Below, piece after piece: positions 10,790 through 24,056 of a stretch of 52,410 nt of DNA. Source of the DNA: Nemertoderma westbladi (taxonomy: Eukaryota; Animalia; Xenacoelomorpha); contig JAUCBJ010005129.1 of assembly GCA_032718475.1 (NCBI GenBank), forward strand, positions 1 to 52,410, given 5' to 3'. Under the pieces are notes generated by a model that did no database searches, had not been told where the DNA came from, and saw only the letters and a program-made list of their open reading frames with translations. The first letter of the stretch is position 1; the number at the start of each line of letters is the position of its first letter. The position numbers were made by a program, and so were the translations under genes.

Positions 10790-11490
10790 TTCTTACTACT
10801 AACCCTACTAACTCTCTAACTCTACTAACTCTCTAACTCTTACTAACTCTCTAACTCTGACTAACTCTTACTAACTCTCTAACTCTACTAACTCTCCAAC
10901 TCTTACTAACTCTCTAACTCTTACTAACTCTTACTAACACTCTAACTCTTACTAACTCTTACTCTACTAACGGTACTACGTACCCACTTACAACTCTAGC
11001 TGACTCCACTAACAGTACTACATACCCTCTTACACTCTAACTAACTCCACTAATGGTACTACGTACCCTCTTACTCTCTAACTAACTCCACTAACGGTAC
11101 TGCGTACCCTCTTACTCTCTAACTAACTCCACTAATGGTACTACATACCCTCTTACTCTATAACTAACTCCACTAACGGTGCTACGTACCCTCTTACACT
11201 CTAACTAACTCCGCTAATGGTACTACGTACCCTCTTACTCTCTAACTAACTCCACTAACGGTACTACGTACCCTCTTACTCTCTAACTAACTCTGCTAAC
11301 AGTACTACGTACCCTCTTACTCTCTAACTAACTCCACTAACGGTACTATGTACCCTCTTACTCTACTAACTCTTACTAACTTCTACTAGCGGTACTGCGT
11401 ACCCTCTTACTCTACTAACTCTTACTAACTTCTACTAGCGGTACTGCGCACACCCTCTTACTCTACTAACTCTTACTAACTTCTATCTGC
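10790..11490. repeat. Compound tandem repeat in the B spacer: ctaactct-type short repeats plus ~10 copies of a ~40-bp unit
   Basis: The unit actctctaactaactccactaacggtactacgtaccctctt is repeated over ~10960-11470. Confidence 0.9.
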
Positions 11491-11739
11491 CTACTTACTT
11501 ACTACTATGTACTATCTACTATTACTTTCTCTTTCTAACTTTCTAACTTTCTTTCTTATTATTTTATTTTTATTTATTATTTTTTTTATATATTTGTGTG
11601 GGAAGGGCGTCTTGCACTCAATCCCACCCCACTCAGTCCAACACTTGGACGACTAAACTCTATGGTGTCTCTTCTAGTAAGCAGCACTTCCCTACAGCCC
11701 TCCTGTAGGTCTTCCTGTCCTTTGCTCCTATCTTACCCC

Positions 11740-13230
11740 CTATCCGCTCTTCCACCGATCGGACTCTTCCGTCCTCATCGGGTAACTGTCTACTATTCTT
11801 GCTAGCCTCCACTGATTGTTGATGATTGTGTCGTCAGTGACGATCACTAAATCACCTTTCTTTAACTCTCTAGTGGTGTTTCTCCACTTGCTCCTCCTGT
11901 GTAATGTGGGTAGGTATTCCTCGACCCACCTCCTCCAGTACTCTGCGCTTATCGCCTTGGCGACTTTCCAACTCTGATGGGAGTGTATGTCATCTGGGTC
12001 TACACCCCGCATGTCGATGGTCGCCGGGCTTTCCATCAGAAAGTGGCTTGGTGTTAGCACGTCTAGTGATTCTGGGTCGTCATTTTCTGGATATAGCGGT
12101 CTGCTATTGATGATGCCCTCGCACTTAGTTAGCACAGTCCTTAGTATGTCCTCCGTTACCATGTGGGTGTTCATCAACTTCGTCATCAGACGCTTGGAAC
12201 TACCCACAAGTCTTTCGACGCATCCTAAAGTATGTGGCGCGTATGGCGTCCTCCTTTCCCACTTCACCTGTCGTCTCCTCATGGCTGCCCTGACTTCTTC
12301 TCCTTCCAGGATCTCCAAGGCCTCCGCTAACTCGTTCTCCGCCCCCACAAAGTTGGTTCTATTGTCGGAATAGATCACTGCGATCATTCCACCTTTGTGG
12401 TCTCTGAATCTCTCTACGGCATTGATGAATGCCGATGCAGTTGCATCTTGGGCGAGTTCTATTCCTACCGCCCTCGTGTTGTTACATACTAAGATGATGC
12501 TGTAGCATTTCTCCGTGTGTCGCATCACCTTGATCTTGATCGGTGACCTATCTTTCAGGAAGTGTGGCCCGTGCTGCCACAACACTTCCTTCTTTAAGAA
12601 ATTGTGGCGTGCCACGCCCCTCAATAACAAGTCTGCTGGGTTCTCGTCCATTGCGCAGTAGTGCCACCTTTCCAACCCTGTGGTCGCCCTTATTTCGTCC
12701 ACCCTATTGGCGACGAATATAGGGTATCTCGTCTTCTCATTGTGCAGCCATCCAAGCACTACCATGGAGTCCGTCCAGTAGTGTATTTCCACTATATTGG
12801 GAATAGTGTCCATCAAGTAGGCCGTGGCCCTTACTCCTAATCTCTCAGCTGTCAACTCGAGTTTCGGGACTGATGCTGAATCTGGCGGCGTTGACTTTGC
12901 TTTACTGTATGCGAGTCTGGGCTCATGAGCCCCCTTTCGCTGTACTAGGTAGAGTGCCGCTCTGTATGCTTCTAATGATGCATCGGAGAACATGTGTAGG
13001 TCCAGATCCGTCATGTCCCCATCCGGGAAATACACGCGTGGCATGCTGTACGTCCCCATCTGTTCTAAATTCCCCGTCCACTTACTCCACTGCTTGCTGA
13101 TTTCTTCCGGGACCTCTGTATTCCACTCGTCCTTTAATTTATATACTTTCTTAAGTATCTGTTTCCCCGTGACTAACAGTGGGGATGCTAGGCCTAAGGG
13201 ATCGTATATCCTTGCTATTTTACGATACAT
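11740..13230 (-). pseudogene. pol: BEL/Pao pol of B: RNase H and internally deleted integrase
   Basis: IYDPLG, LHMFSDAS, PKLEL, YWTDS, NPAD, then a direct jump to CYSIILVC..IYSDNRTNF..ERLV..LTPSHFL. The HHCC region and first catalytic Asp region are missing. Confidence 0.88.
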
Positions 13231-15169
13231 AGCCCCTCTTTGTGTGGGTGTCCGGGCCCTCCTGGCTCAGGTGGTACTTTAACTCATCTGTCTCCCGGTT
13301 CCACACGATCCCCAGTGCCTTCTGCTGAGACTCCACTCTTTTGTCCGCCAGGTCCTGTCCCTTGGCTGCTGTGGGGTTGTCCATGGTCGACTCTGGCCGC
13401 CTGTCCTCTATGGCTTCCATAAACTCATCTGAGCTGGATTGAAACTTGGTCAGGTTAAATCCGGATCCTTTCAGGATGTCGCGAACCTCGCGCCCTGTGT
13501 CCAGTAATTCTTTAACCGTGTTTCCAGACTCCATCCCGTCGTCTACATTGAAGCCGCGTCGAATCATATCGACCGCTTTAGCGCTGTACTTCCCCTCTTT
13601 CCCTTCTACCGTATCTCTTACAGCCATAGTCGTTGTAAATGAGGACGACTTGGCCCCCATGTTCTGCACCACCATCTTGTACATCGGTATTGTCGACGGT
13701 TCCTCGTCGCCGTTGTACCATAGGAAGCGCTGGCTGTCGCTATCCTCCCCTGTCACACGAACTTGGTTGAACATGCCTTCGATGTCGCAGGTGAAGGCGT
13801 GTCTCCCATTTCTAAATCTCTGTAATACCTCAATCCCCGAGTTGTAGATATTGGGGCCCTCCAGCAGATAGTCGTTTAGGCACTTGCCGTTGGTTTTAGC
13901 TGATGCGTCAATTACCATCCGCAATTTACCTTTCTTTGGATCTAAAGCCACGTGAAGTGGCAGGTAGTAGGTCCTGTCCGTGTTCAGTTCGTCGACCGGC
14001 AGCTTCACGGCCCATCCTTTCTCGACGTACTTCCTTATCATCTTATGGATGTACTCATCCTTCTTGGGGCTCCGTTTCAGCGTTTGCTTCAGTTTACGAA
14101 GCCTCGTGAGTACCATCCCCTTGTTCTCTGGTAGCGGTAGTTTTGGTTGTTTCCACACCATGCCTATGGTGTACCGCCCCTCGTCGCATCTCATCGACTC
14201 CTTCACACTTTGTACCGCTTGTTTATCCTCTACCGAGGTTCCGACCCCGGTCTCCTTTAATCCCTCAAAGTCCTGTCTTAACAATCTCTTTAGCTGCTCC
14301 TCCGCTCCTTCATCTTCCATCTCCCTCATAGTTCCCGCGAACATGCACCCCGATGTCTCCGACATCCTAAACGGAATCTTGGTTTTAAATGGGCCGCTTA
14401 GTGTCCACCCGAATGGTGTTAGAATTGCCATCGGATCACGCTGTCTGTCTTCCCCGTAGACCGTTTGCATTCTCTCGTGAGCCGTCGGGCAATCCATTCC
14501 CACTATGATGGATACCTTCCTGACGTCCACCTCTGGTATCGAGAAATCGATGTTGTCCAGGAATCTGTATTGTTCGACCTCAATGTTGGTTGGTCGCCTG
14601 GCATTTATGTTGATCGATTCTATTACCTGGATGGGGTCGATGGTCGCCCCATATTCACATCCCGGTGCTATCGCTGATATCTCGCACCGTCCCATCCTCA
14701 TCTCCAGGACCTCATCTTTGCTGGAGATGGTTGTTACCGCCATCCTACTTGGCCTCGTCTTTAGTCCTATCTCTTTGGCCACCCAATTCTCCACCAATGT
14801 TAAGGCTGCTCCGCTGTCGACCAGCATCAATGTGGTTACTGATCGACCTCCTTCTCCTATCACCCTGACTGGCACTACCCCGAGTAATACCGTTCCCCTT
14901 TTCTTCGCCCCTACGGTGCTTGTCGCCATTGTCTGCCCTTTACCTTGACCGAACTTAATGGGTGTTTCTTTGCATTGATCAGCTTTGTGTCCGCCCGCCA
15001 CACATCGATGACAGATTCCACTCTTCCTTGTGTATTCTACGTGATCTTGTTTGGGCAACGCTTGCCAATACCTGCAGTTCATGGTCTGATGAAGTGCGTT
15101 CGAATGCAATTGGCATTTGTTGTTTGGGTTATAGCCGTCCCTATACAGTGCGCTGTGTATCGCACTCAC
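13220..15169 (-). pseudogene. pol: BEL/Pao gag knuckles, aspartic protease and RT of B
   Basis: CHRCVAGGHKADQC, MLVDSGAA, YYLPLH, RMVIDAS, DIEGMFNQV, MGAKSS, FNVDDG. Frameshift to the RNase H ORF. Confidence 0.9.
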
Positions 15170-15177
15170 GTTCGTAC

Positions 15178-18100
15178 CTATGTCCCTACTGTTCTTATTG
15201 TTTGGGTTTGGCCTACTGGGTGTGTTGGGGTTATATTTGTTTGTGTTGTTATTTTGCCCCTGTCCACTCCATGGTGTGGCCCACCCCCGGCTATATGTGG
15301 ACTAGCAGTCCCCTGCGTCTCCGCGTATGTCAGCGATTGTCTAAGCTTTGGTAATGCATTTGCCGTGTTGTGTTCTGGTTTCGGCCTGTTATATTCGGTC
15401 TTTGGCGCCCTCCCCAGACTATCCTCGCTATAGACTGGTTCCGTGATCAACTCTGCTTCGTAGTTGGGGAAGTTCGACATTTCTTCTAGGCCCGGTTCCG
15501 CACCTTTCTTCTCCCAGGTGGAGAAGGCGATCTTTCTCCATATATTACGCAGCCAGATCGGCAGTGCCTGTGCTATCGTGGTGATATTATTAGATGCGTT
15601 GAGTTCGTATGGCGCGTCTAGTGTTTTCAGCACGATTAACGCCTTCTCGACCTTGTTCACAAACGTCTTTATGCTAACAGGGTTATCCTGTAGGCCACCC
15701 GATGTTATACCCCTCAGGGTTTGCCGGATGATCTTGGCTGGGTGTCCGTATTCCCTGTCTAGGGCCTGCCATGCAGTCGTGAAGCCACCCTTGATGACCT
15801 GATACTGCCTCACGATGTCGTACGCTGGGCCTCCTGTGTATACCTGTAAATATTTTAGGCACTCCGCCTGCGTCAGGTTCTTAGTTAATATCTCGTTGCT
15901 GTACATGCGCCGGAATTGCAGGTATTCTTCTGGCCTACTTCCGTTGAATTTAAATGACTCTACAGGTGGTAGCTCGATTCTGGTCTTGAGTGCATCGATA
16001 AGTGTTGCCATTCCCATTGCCTGTGCTTCCAATGGGTTTGAAGGATGCTGTACAGATTCTCCCGTTGGGTGCGGTCCGCCCATCCGGCCTGTTGAATTTC
16101 TTTGCGTCGGATATACCATCGGGGGTAACGGTCCCCTCCATATTTCCATGTCGCAAGATCTGTTCTCGTCCAGGGGGTTCGATGTTCATATTCCTGTTTG
16201 AGTGTATTGTAGATATTGTAATGGGGGAATGTCACCCCCCACCGGTGGTATGCTTGGTACTGGGGTTGATGTTAATATATTGGGGCCCATACACCTATCC
16301 GCAATAACTCTCCCCTCGCCTGGATATATGTTATGTCCCTGTATATTATAGTCATACTGCTGTGCTGGTACCGGTATAGGCCTATCCACTTCTAGCCTAC
16401 CTACCGGTATATACTCCGCGACTTCCGGATCTAATCCCATTGTTCGCGCTACCCTATCGCCTACACTATCTCTCCCAGCATGGCCTATAGTATGTGCAGT
16501 AAGGCCTACAGTATGTCCTGCAGTCTGTATGTGTCCTTCCAGACCGAAGTTTAACCTCCACGAATAGTCCAAGAAGTCCTCCCCGCAATAACCGTACTCT
16601 CGATCGGCAGCTATATCCCGTCGGGAAGTATCCCTTTGATCCCCTCTCCTGTTCCCGTCCTCGAACCAGTACGTCCTGTACCCCTCTCCCGGCGTATAAT
16701 ACATCTCGCCAGATAATAGATCTCTCGTCGACCTCCCGTTTTAACTCCACTGTTCTTCTTCCCTCTTCTGACTGGGCTCGACGTCTCGCCCGCTCACGAC
16801 GCCAACCTCCCTCTCTCTAGCCGGTCAGACGCCACTGGGGATATTCGTAATCCCCCTACTATTCTCCGTCGCCGGGTGCTGTGGTTCACCTAACTCGCCC
16901 CGCGCATTATCCGCCGACGCCTGTGGGACATCCTCTGCCCCCCCCCCCCCCCCTCTCGCCACTAATCTCTCATCGTGGGGCACCTGTAGCTCCCCCCCCC
17001 CCCCCCCCCGCTCGCCACCTATTACTTGACTATCTCTTACTTCGCTTCTACGCCCCCTCTCTAGTTGATGCACTATCTCTATTGCGGCTGGGTCTATTCA
17101 CCCCCGCCTCTCCCTCTGCCACTGTGTGGCCTTGCAGGTTCCCATCGGGTTCACTCACCCCCGCTACTCCCTGCGTATTAACTATGTGGCCTTCCAGGCC
17201 CTCGCTGGTCGGACCACCTACGTCTGCTGCGTTTATATTAATAGCACCATTATCAACATTATTATCAAAATTATTTGAATTATTTGAATTATTCTGTACC
17301 GAATTCGGATTATTATTTAAATTATTTTGTATATTTAGGTTAGAATCGGGATTATTTTGCTCGTTTGAATTTAAATTATTTGAATTACTTTGTATGTTTG
17401 GATTTAAATTATTATTTGAATAATTTTGTGCATTTAAATTAGGGATATTCGGATTTAAATTATTATGGTCAGGCAAAATATTATTTCCTGGAATGAAAGT
17501 TTGATTAGGGTTGTCTACTACGGTACTATTAAGGGGGGTGGGGGGGTAGCGCATTTTCTGACCAAAAAGACGAATTTTTGAAACATATCCTATCTGATGC
17601 AGAATTTCATGCTGAATCCAAATATGGAAACCGTTTTCCCACATTTTGCTTAGTTTTCGAGATATCTGGGATAGAATATACTGGCTCCGATATATCGCGA
17701 TATCGGTAAAGGCGATGAAGTTTGGGGTTTGCATTCAATTTCTGCAAATTTCTGTGCTCAGTGGTGCCAATTGGATGTCTCCACGAGAAAGAGCACAAAA
17801 TTTTAATTGAGAAGGTATTTTTTTATGATTATTGGACCTACTTGTCAGTTTATAAGATAACTTCAAGTCTCCGGAATGAAGACGGGACTCGAATAAGTGA
17901 CTCTGCGGTCTTTGTGGGATTACACAGAATAGACTTATTGGTCATCGGAGATCTTCAAAATGTATAATCTCCAGTTCTAGTGGTCGTACGAAGTTCGTTT
18001 TAGGCTCATTCGAAAGCTCTTTTCTTAGAGAACAAAGTTACCATTTGATTTAAGACAAAATGGTTGGGAAGCAACATAACATGAATTTGGGTAAAATATG

Positions 18101-19932
18101 CCTTGCAAATTTTGTTCAAGTTGTGATTGCTCAGGCAGCTTTCAAGAGTTTGCCAAACCAAAAGGTAACTTTGGTCTCTGAGAAAAGAGCTTTCGAATGA
18201 GCCCAAGAGGAACTCCGTACGACCACTAGAACTGGAGATTATACATTTTGAAGATCTCCGATGACTGATAAGTCTATTCCGTGTAATCCCGCAAAGACCG
18301 CAGCGTTGCTTATTCGAGTCCCGTCTTCATTCCGGAGACTTGAAGTTATCTTATAAACTGACAAGTTGGTCCAATAATCATAAAAAAATACCTTCTTAAT
18401 TAAAATGTTGTACTCTTTCTCGTGGAGACATCCAATTAGCACCACTGAGCACAGAAAATGGCAGAAATTGAATGCAAACCCCAAACTTCATCTGTTTACC
18501 GATATCGCGATATATTGGAGCCAGTATCTTCTATCCCAGATATCTCGGAAACTAAGCAAGATATAGGAAAACGGTTTCCATATTTGGATTCAGCATGAAA
18601 TTCTGCATCAGATAGGATATGTTTAAAAAATTCGACTTTTTGGTCAGAAAATGCGCTACCCCCCCTTAATATTAATGCCCTCTAACGTATTATTATTACC
18701 CCCCGCCTGTACGGTTTCACCAGTCTTGGGTCTGTCGTCCGGTCCCTGTAAGTGGGGTATTAACAAACGTTTCCATAACCTCTGGCTCCTCGTAAATACT
18801 ACCCGAGCCAGCCTCACTCTCAGATAATCCCAACTGCGCCAGTTCTAGTCAGCGCTTCGGTTTGGCCTGATATTGCATAAGCCCCCTTAACCGGGCATGC
18901 ATATCGTCCCGCATGCACTTTCCCGCTCTCTCTCTCTCTCTATCCTCTCGTAAACTCTGGTTCACCGACTCTGTTTCTCTCGCCACCCGCTCTCTACGCT
19001 CGCTCTCTATTCTCGCCTCACGCTCTTTATGTTCGTTCATTTCTCTCTCTATCCTCGTTGCCTCTCTCACTTCTCGCTCTTTGCGCTCGTTCTCTACTCT
19101 CGTCTCTCGCTCTTTACGCTCGTTCTCTACTCTCGTTTCTTGCTCTTTAACGCTTGTTCTCTACTCTCGTTTCTCGCTCCTTACATTCCTCTGCCTCTTT
19201 CTCTTTTTGCTCTCTAGAGTTCTTCGCCATCCTTTCGGCCCTCTCCCTACATTCCCTCGCCAACTCTCTCTCTTTCTCTAACAACGCAGTTCCCTCATCC
19301 AACTGCCTCTCTAATTCTTTCTGGTCTAGCGCCACCATGTCTAATTGACACGCCAGATCTATCTCCAACACCCTTCTTGCTTTCGCGGAGGATGTAGCGG
19401 ACTTATCGGTTGCGACGGACTCCCGTCGCCTCTCTGTCCTTCTAACTTTCCCCCGCTTTCTGGGGTTCTCGCTAACTGACGAGACCGAATCCTCGGGGTT
19501 AACCTCGGGTTCGCCCTCATGCGGATCTGCCCAACCCACTAGCTTAATTCCCCTGGCATCCACTAAATACGGCCCTATGTACACTATTTCAGGCTCCATA
19601 ACCCCGGATTGCCACAGTTCGAATAGTTCGGTGGCGACCCACCTCGCTCTCTCACTCGCCAGTTCTTCCTGCCCGAAACGAACTAGATACCGGAAGTGTT
19701 TATTTGACTCACTTAGCCGCTGGCTCAACTTTCCCTGATTTACCTTCTCTCCCTCTTTGGCCTCCTTCAACAGTTTCTTAGTGGCTTTGTAGGCCTGTCG
19801 AAGCCGATCGCTGGTCCCGACGTCCTCTTCGCCGACATCTCCTCCTCCAGCGGCCCCACCGTCGCCGTTCCGGTGGGCCGTCCATCGCCCTCGGCCTGTG
19901 GCTGGCCGGCGACTTCGGTACTCCGACGCCAT
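15178..19932 (-). pseudogene. gag: BEL/Pao gag of B, fragmented and interrupted by a MITE
   Basis: Pao gag core KFNGSRPEEYLQF..CLKYL..AWQALDREYG (15178-16149), preceded by Glu/Arg coiled-coil and Asn-rich segments. ATG at 19932. Confidence 0.8.
17533..18665. mobile_element. Palindromic non-autonomous DNA transposon, Kolobok-like (TTAA TSD, GG..CC termini)
   Basis: TTAA at 17529-17532 and 18666-18669, with ~520-bp inverted arms around a ~95-bp spacer. Removing it restores the gag frame GININSTVVDNP. Confidence 0.85.
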
Positions 19933-20168
19933 CGTGCGTCGACTCGTCCCTTCCTCGTGGTAGTCAGCCGCCCTCCGCTTGGGCTACCGGATTGTCCCTT
20001 GGTGAATCCGGCGTCGCAGGTCGATACCGTCGCGTCGCGGCCTCACAGATCGTTTAGTTGGTATCGTGCGGGGTCCGCGGCGGTGTCCTCTCTCCCTCTG
20101 ATAATCGGGGTCCTTTATCGCTCATCTTTATTCCTACAGTCACAGCTTAGTAGTTGGTAGTTTCACAC

Positions 20169-20789
20169 TGTGACGGGATCAAGGGATCCCGACCGGATTT
20201 CTAGACTACGCGTCACCGTGTTTACCTTAGGGATTGTGTTGATGTCTAGGCCGAGGCCGTTGTAGTGAAATTAATAAGAGTTGATGTTGTCTCTTGATAT
20301 TTAGATAACAGTATTAGTAATAACACAGTAAGGATTGCAGATAAGCATTGATAATATAAGATGGATACCGGTAGGTGTGTGTGTTGGTGACGGTGACGGT
20401 GTGAAACATCACCGGTCTGCACTAAAGCTGATAACTGGGTAACTGAACCGGTAACTAATATGCATTGATAATATATGTGATCACTCCTACACTGCTGTGG
20501 CCTTTCACCTAGTGGTTGCTCTCCCTGGCCCCTATTGGCTGATAATCTACTTCACGCCTCTCCCCTCTCTGGGAGTGCTTCCCCCCCTGTTGGCCCCTGC
20601 TGGTTGTTTCCCCTCCCGAGGTGATTTGACCTCTAACCTCCCTTTGTGTGGCTTTGGGGTTGTGTTGTCCCCAGTGTTGGTTGTGATACGAGATTGGTTA
20701 TTGCCAATCTCGTATCTCCAACATATTGCTGAAAAAGGTGCCACTTCCCATTTTATGAGGGTAATGCAGCGGAACTGAATCCGCTTACA
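20169..20789 (-). repeat. 5' LTR of element B (621 bp)
   Basis: TG...CA termini (minus strand TGTAAG...GTCACA). On the minus strand it carries CCAAT, an AT-rich TATA-like stretch and a TCAGTT Inr-like motif. Confidence 0.92.
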
Positions 20790-20879
20790 ATATCTACTAC
20801 TTATGTTTTCTTGAAGTACGAATCCAACATCTTCTCACTTTGTGGACAACCTCATTGAGTAATACAATACAATTATTAA

Positions 20880-22210
20880 CCCTATTAGTACCGGGCTATA
20901 AAATGTTGTACAAATATTGGGGGCGTGGGGGGGGGGGGTGGTGGGGGGGTGGGGTCATACTCCTCTAAAATCTAAAAATTGTAACGAAAACGTCTGATTT
21001 TTTGTTTGTACGTAGATTTCAATACTCAGAATCCGAACGAAAGAATATTTCGAAAAAATGTACTGGGGTGGTTATTTTGCAGCACCAAAATTACAAGTCG
21101 TGAACAATTTTCATAAAATTTGAAAGTTACAATTTTTGGCTAATTGTTTTTCAATACAGGTTTTCTGGGGCGCGAAATCCATTTGAAAATATTTAAAAAT
21201 GATCTGATTACTAAAAATTGCTGTTTTATTCCTCTACGTAGGCAAAAAAAATGAAAAATACAAGTAATCAACACATTTCAGTTTGAACACAAAATTTTAA
21301 ATTCACTTATATGATGCCATAAATTCAGATATTCAGGTTTTCTGGTGCGCTGATTCTAATGGAATACATTTCAAATTTGCCAGATCAATGCTACTCGTAT
21401 TTTTCGGCGGATTATGGCAAATTATGGTGCTAGCACCAAATTTCCTACCCATCACCAAAAAGTACAAGTTTGAAATCTCCAGTGCTGTTTTTATTAATTC
21501 CATCGGATTCAGGACCCTCATAAACCCGTATCACGAAAGAAACAATATTACAGAGAAGAGCACCAAATTTTGCACCCACTTCCGAAAAATACAAGTTTGA
21601 GATATCTAGTTAGATAATTATTTATTCTATTGAATTCAGAACCGCCATAAACTTCTAAAACGCAAGAAATAAGTTGCCACAAGCTATTGAACTATTGAAT
21701 AGATTTTCAAAATTTCGTGCTGGTACCAAATTTTGCACACACTCACCGAAAAATACGCCTGGTGCAACTTGTATATATTCCATTGAAACCAGAACCACAA
21801 AAAAACCCCTATAGCGTAAAAAAAAACAGGTTCAAACAATTAATTTACTAAATTGACATATTTCAAAATTTGGTTCTGGTACCAAAATTTGGCACCCGCC
21901 GAAAAAAAAAACAAGTTTGAAATTTCTAAATTAATTTAGATGAAATCCATCTAATTGCAAACACCAAAAAACGGTGTAAATCAAAAGTAGAGATGTTTCA
22001 AATAATATTTCATGAAATGTAATTTTCAAAAACGTCTCAAAAAAGTGCCAAATGTAGGGTTAAAAGATGGTGTTATAATTCGAAAACTTCCAAATATTTT
22101 TGAAAACCGTTTTCACTAATACGAAGACAATAGATTTTTAGGAAAACTCGTAAAATGTCAGATTCGCTACTGCGTTTGTTTCAGAGTTATAACAAAGAAA
22201 CCACGGGGTG
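20880..22210 (-). mobile_element. piggyBac-like MITE, truncated copy
   Basis: Starts TTAA|CCCTATTAG and is an inverted, diverged homolog of 49077-50658. The second terminus is not found. Confidence 0.75.
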
Positions 22211-22363
22211 GTGGTGATTTTTCATATCATATATGCAATCCTTTTTATTCTCGTGCCCCATGTGGCACTTTCAAATTTACCAGAAATTTTCTCTAATGTT
22301 ATATATGAATAACCAAACATAATTTATTGCGATAAAGTTATTCATTCACCATTGTTATTACAG

Positions 22364-22876
22364 GGAGTGCACAACTGTTCAGAAATACAAAAAAATAAAA
22401 AAATAAGTAATGAATTACGGTGTACGGGGTTTCCAGATACGTGGGTGATTATATTTGAAAGAAGGAAATATAGTTCCATCAAGTTCAATCGCCCCATGGG
22501 AGATTATATTGATGGATTTGACGTAAGCGGAAAAGAATACTGGTTGGGGTTAGAAGCGACCCACAAACTTACTAAAGATGGAGTACAATTAAATGTCTAT
22601 AGTGAAGATAAAGAAGAATGCGATGAATATTTATCGTTCAAAGTCGGATCTAAATCTACCCATTATAGACTAGAGATTTCAGGACAGATTTTGCCAGGTG
22701 AATTAGGAGATATTAATAATCAACCTTTTACTACGTTCGACTTCGATAATGATGCAAATGATAGTATAAACTGTGCCAAATACCGCGGTAGTGGTGGCTG
22801 GTACAATAAATGTCACAAACAAATATCACCCACATACCATTATGCAACAAAAATGAAGATACAGCTAAACAAACAT
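22364..22876 (+). CDS. Host exon encoding a fibrinogen C-terminal (FReD) domain
   Basis: WVIIFERR, FNRPMGDYIDGF, EYWLGLEATH, FTTFDFDND, NCAKYRGSGGWYNKC. Flanked by ttattacag| and |gtaagt. Confidence 0.8.
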
Positions 22877-23102
22877 GTAAGTGATTTATTTCCACTCAAC
22901 TCTCACGTTAACAGCAATATTAAATATTTCATATGTATACATTATATAAACGTTGAAATATAAATATTCATACATTATGTTGGGTACTGATACCTTCCAC
23001 CCGAAACCAATTTAAAGATGTACCTGTTCACTAAATACAATGGTGTGATACCTTTTTATATATTATTAGATAATATATAATAGATCTTAAATTGTTTTTC
23101 AG

Positions 23103-23130
23103 GACGCTGGGAAACAAAAACGCATCCCAC
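23103..23130 (+). CDS. Probable 28-nt micro-exon of the FReD gene
   Basis: ttgtttttcag|GACGCT...CCCAC|gtaagt; in frame with the phase-0 end of the previous exon. Confidence 0.45.
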
Positions 23131-24056
23131 GTAAGTTCATCTCTAAGCAAGTATTACATATCTATTAGCAATTACACCTAAAATTTACAACTTACTGAAA
23201 CAGTAAGTAAGGTAGGCTGTACACCGACAACCATTATTAAAGCTAATTAATTTTAATTGTAAATTGAGGGAAAGGAACAGGTTACAGTGGAAGGTTATTC
23301 TAATAACAATTAATTAACAATAAACGAGAGTGACGAACTCAGGTCACATTTTCATTTTTACAGTTGTCGGCAGTGGTTGTCGGCTGTCGGTTGTCGGCGT
23401 AGCGTTTAACTAGATTTGTGCAATTATAATATTTTTGAAATTTACCATTTTACGATCTTTTTAATTTTTATTTACCACATGTTCCTCTATAAGTATGTAA
23501 TGGCCACCATATTGTATACAGCCATTTTTAACTGGAATTGTGCAACTATAATATTCTAGAACAACAATATTTATCCCTACCATTTTTACCAATAATAGCC
23601 ACCGCGGCTTAATTAATAATTAATCCGGGATGAATGAATGAATGATGATAACATTTGATCGATGTATCATTAGCTCCAATTGATGTTCCTGTGTCGAAGA
23701 CTATAGCTTGGAAAGACAGACAGACAGATAGACAAACTCACCGACAAAATTCAACAGTTGGTACTTCCACCGGAGAAAAGGTGGTAATATATTTATAACA
23801 ACATCAATACAACGAGGGGCAAGATTTTAAGTTCTAATGAGAATACAGTTTGATTTAATAATAATTTTATAAATATGCAGGTGATAGATAGTCTCATTAC
23901 GAACAGAAACTATCGGTGCAATGGTACCAGTAGGAATCGTAGGAACCAGTAGGAATTTTATAGGCACCGGCAGGGGATGATAATGTTATTCCGAATTCAG
24001 AAATATGGAATGCAAGTTCTTTTAATATGCCGGTGATGTGTTGATTTTGTGTTGAA

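Larger units (their letters stand above)
6479..20789 (-). mobile_element. BEL/Pao LTR retrotransposon B (family 2), near full length but defective
   Basis: Direct LTRs at 6479-7091 and 20169-20789, PPT, and gag-PR-RT-RH-IN order on the minus strand with Pao-type motifs. Confidence 0.93.

Noticed and set aside
13240-16307. Numerous + strand ORFs over B pol and gag
   Set aside because: They are antisense shadows of coding sequence with no recognisable motifs.
17607-18484. Paired 81-aa ORFs on opposite strands, and the N-terminus of ORF 17048-17734
   Set aside because: These are mirror products of the palindromic MITE arms.
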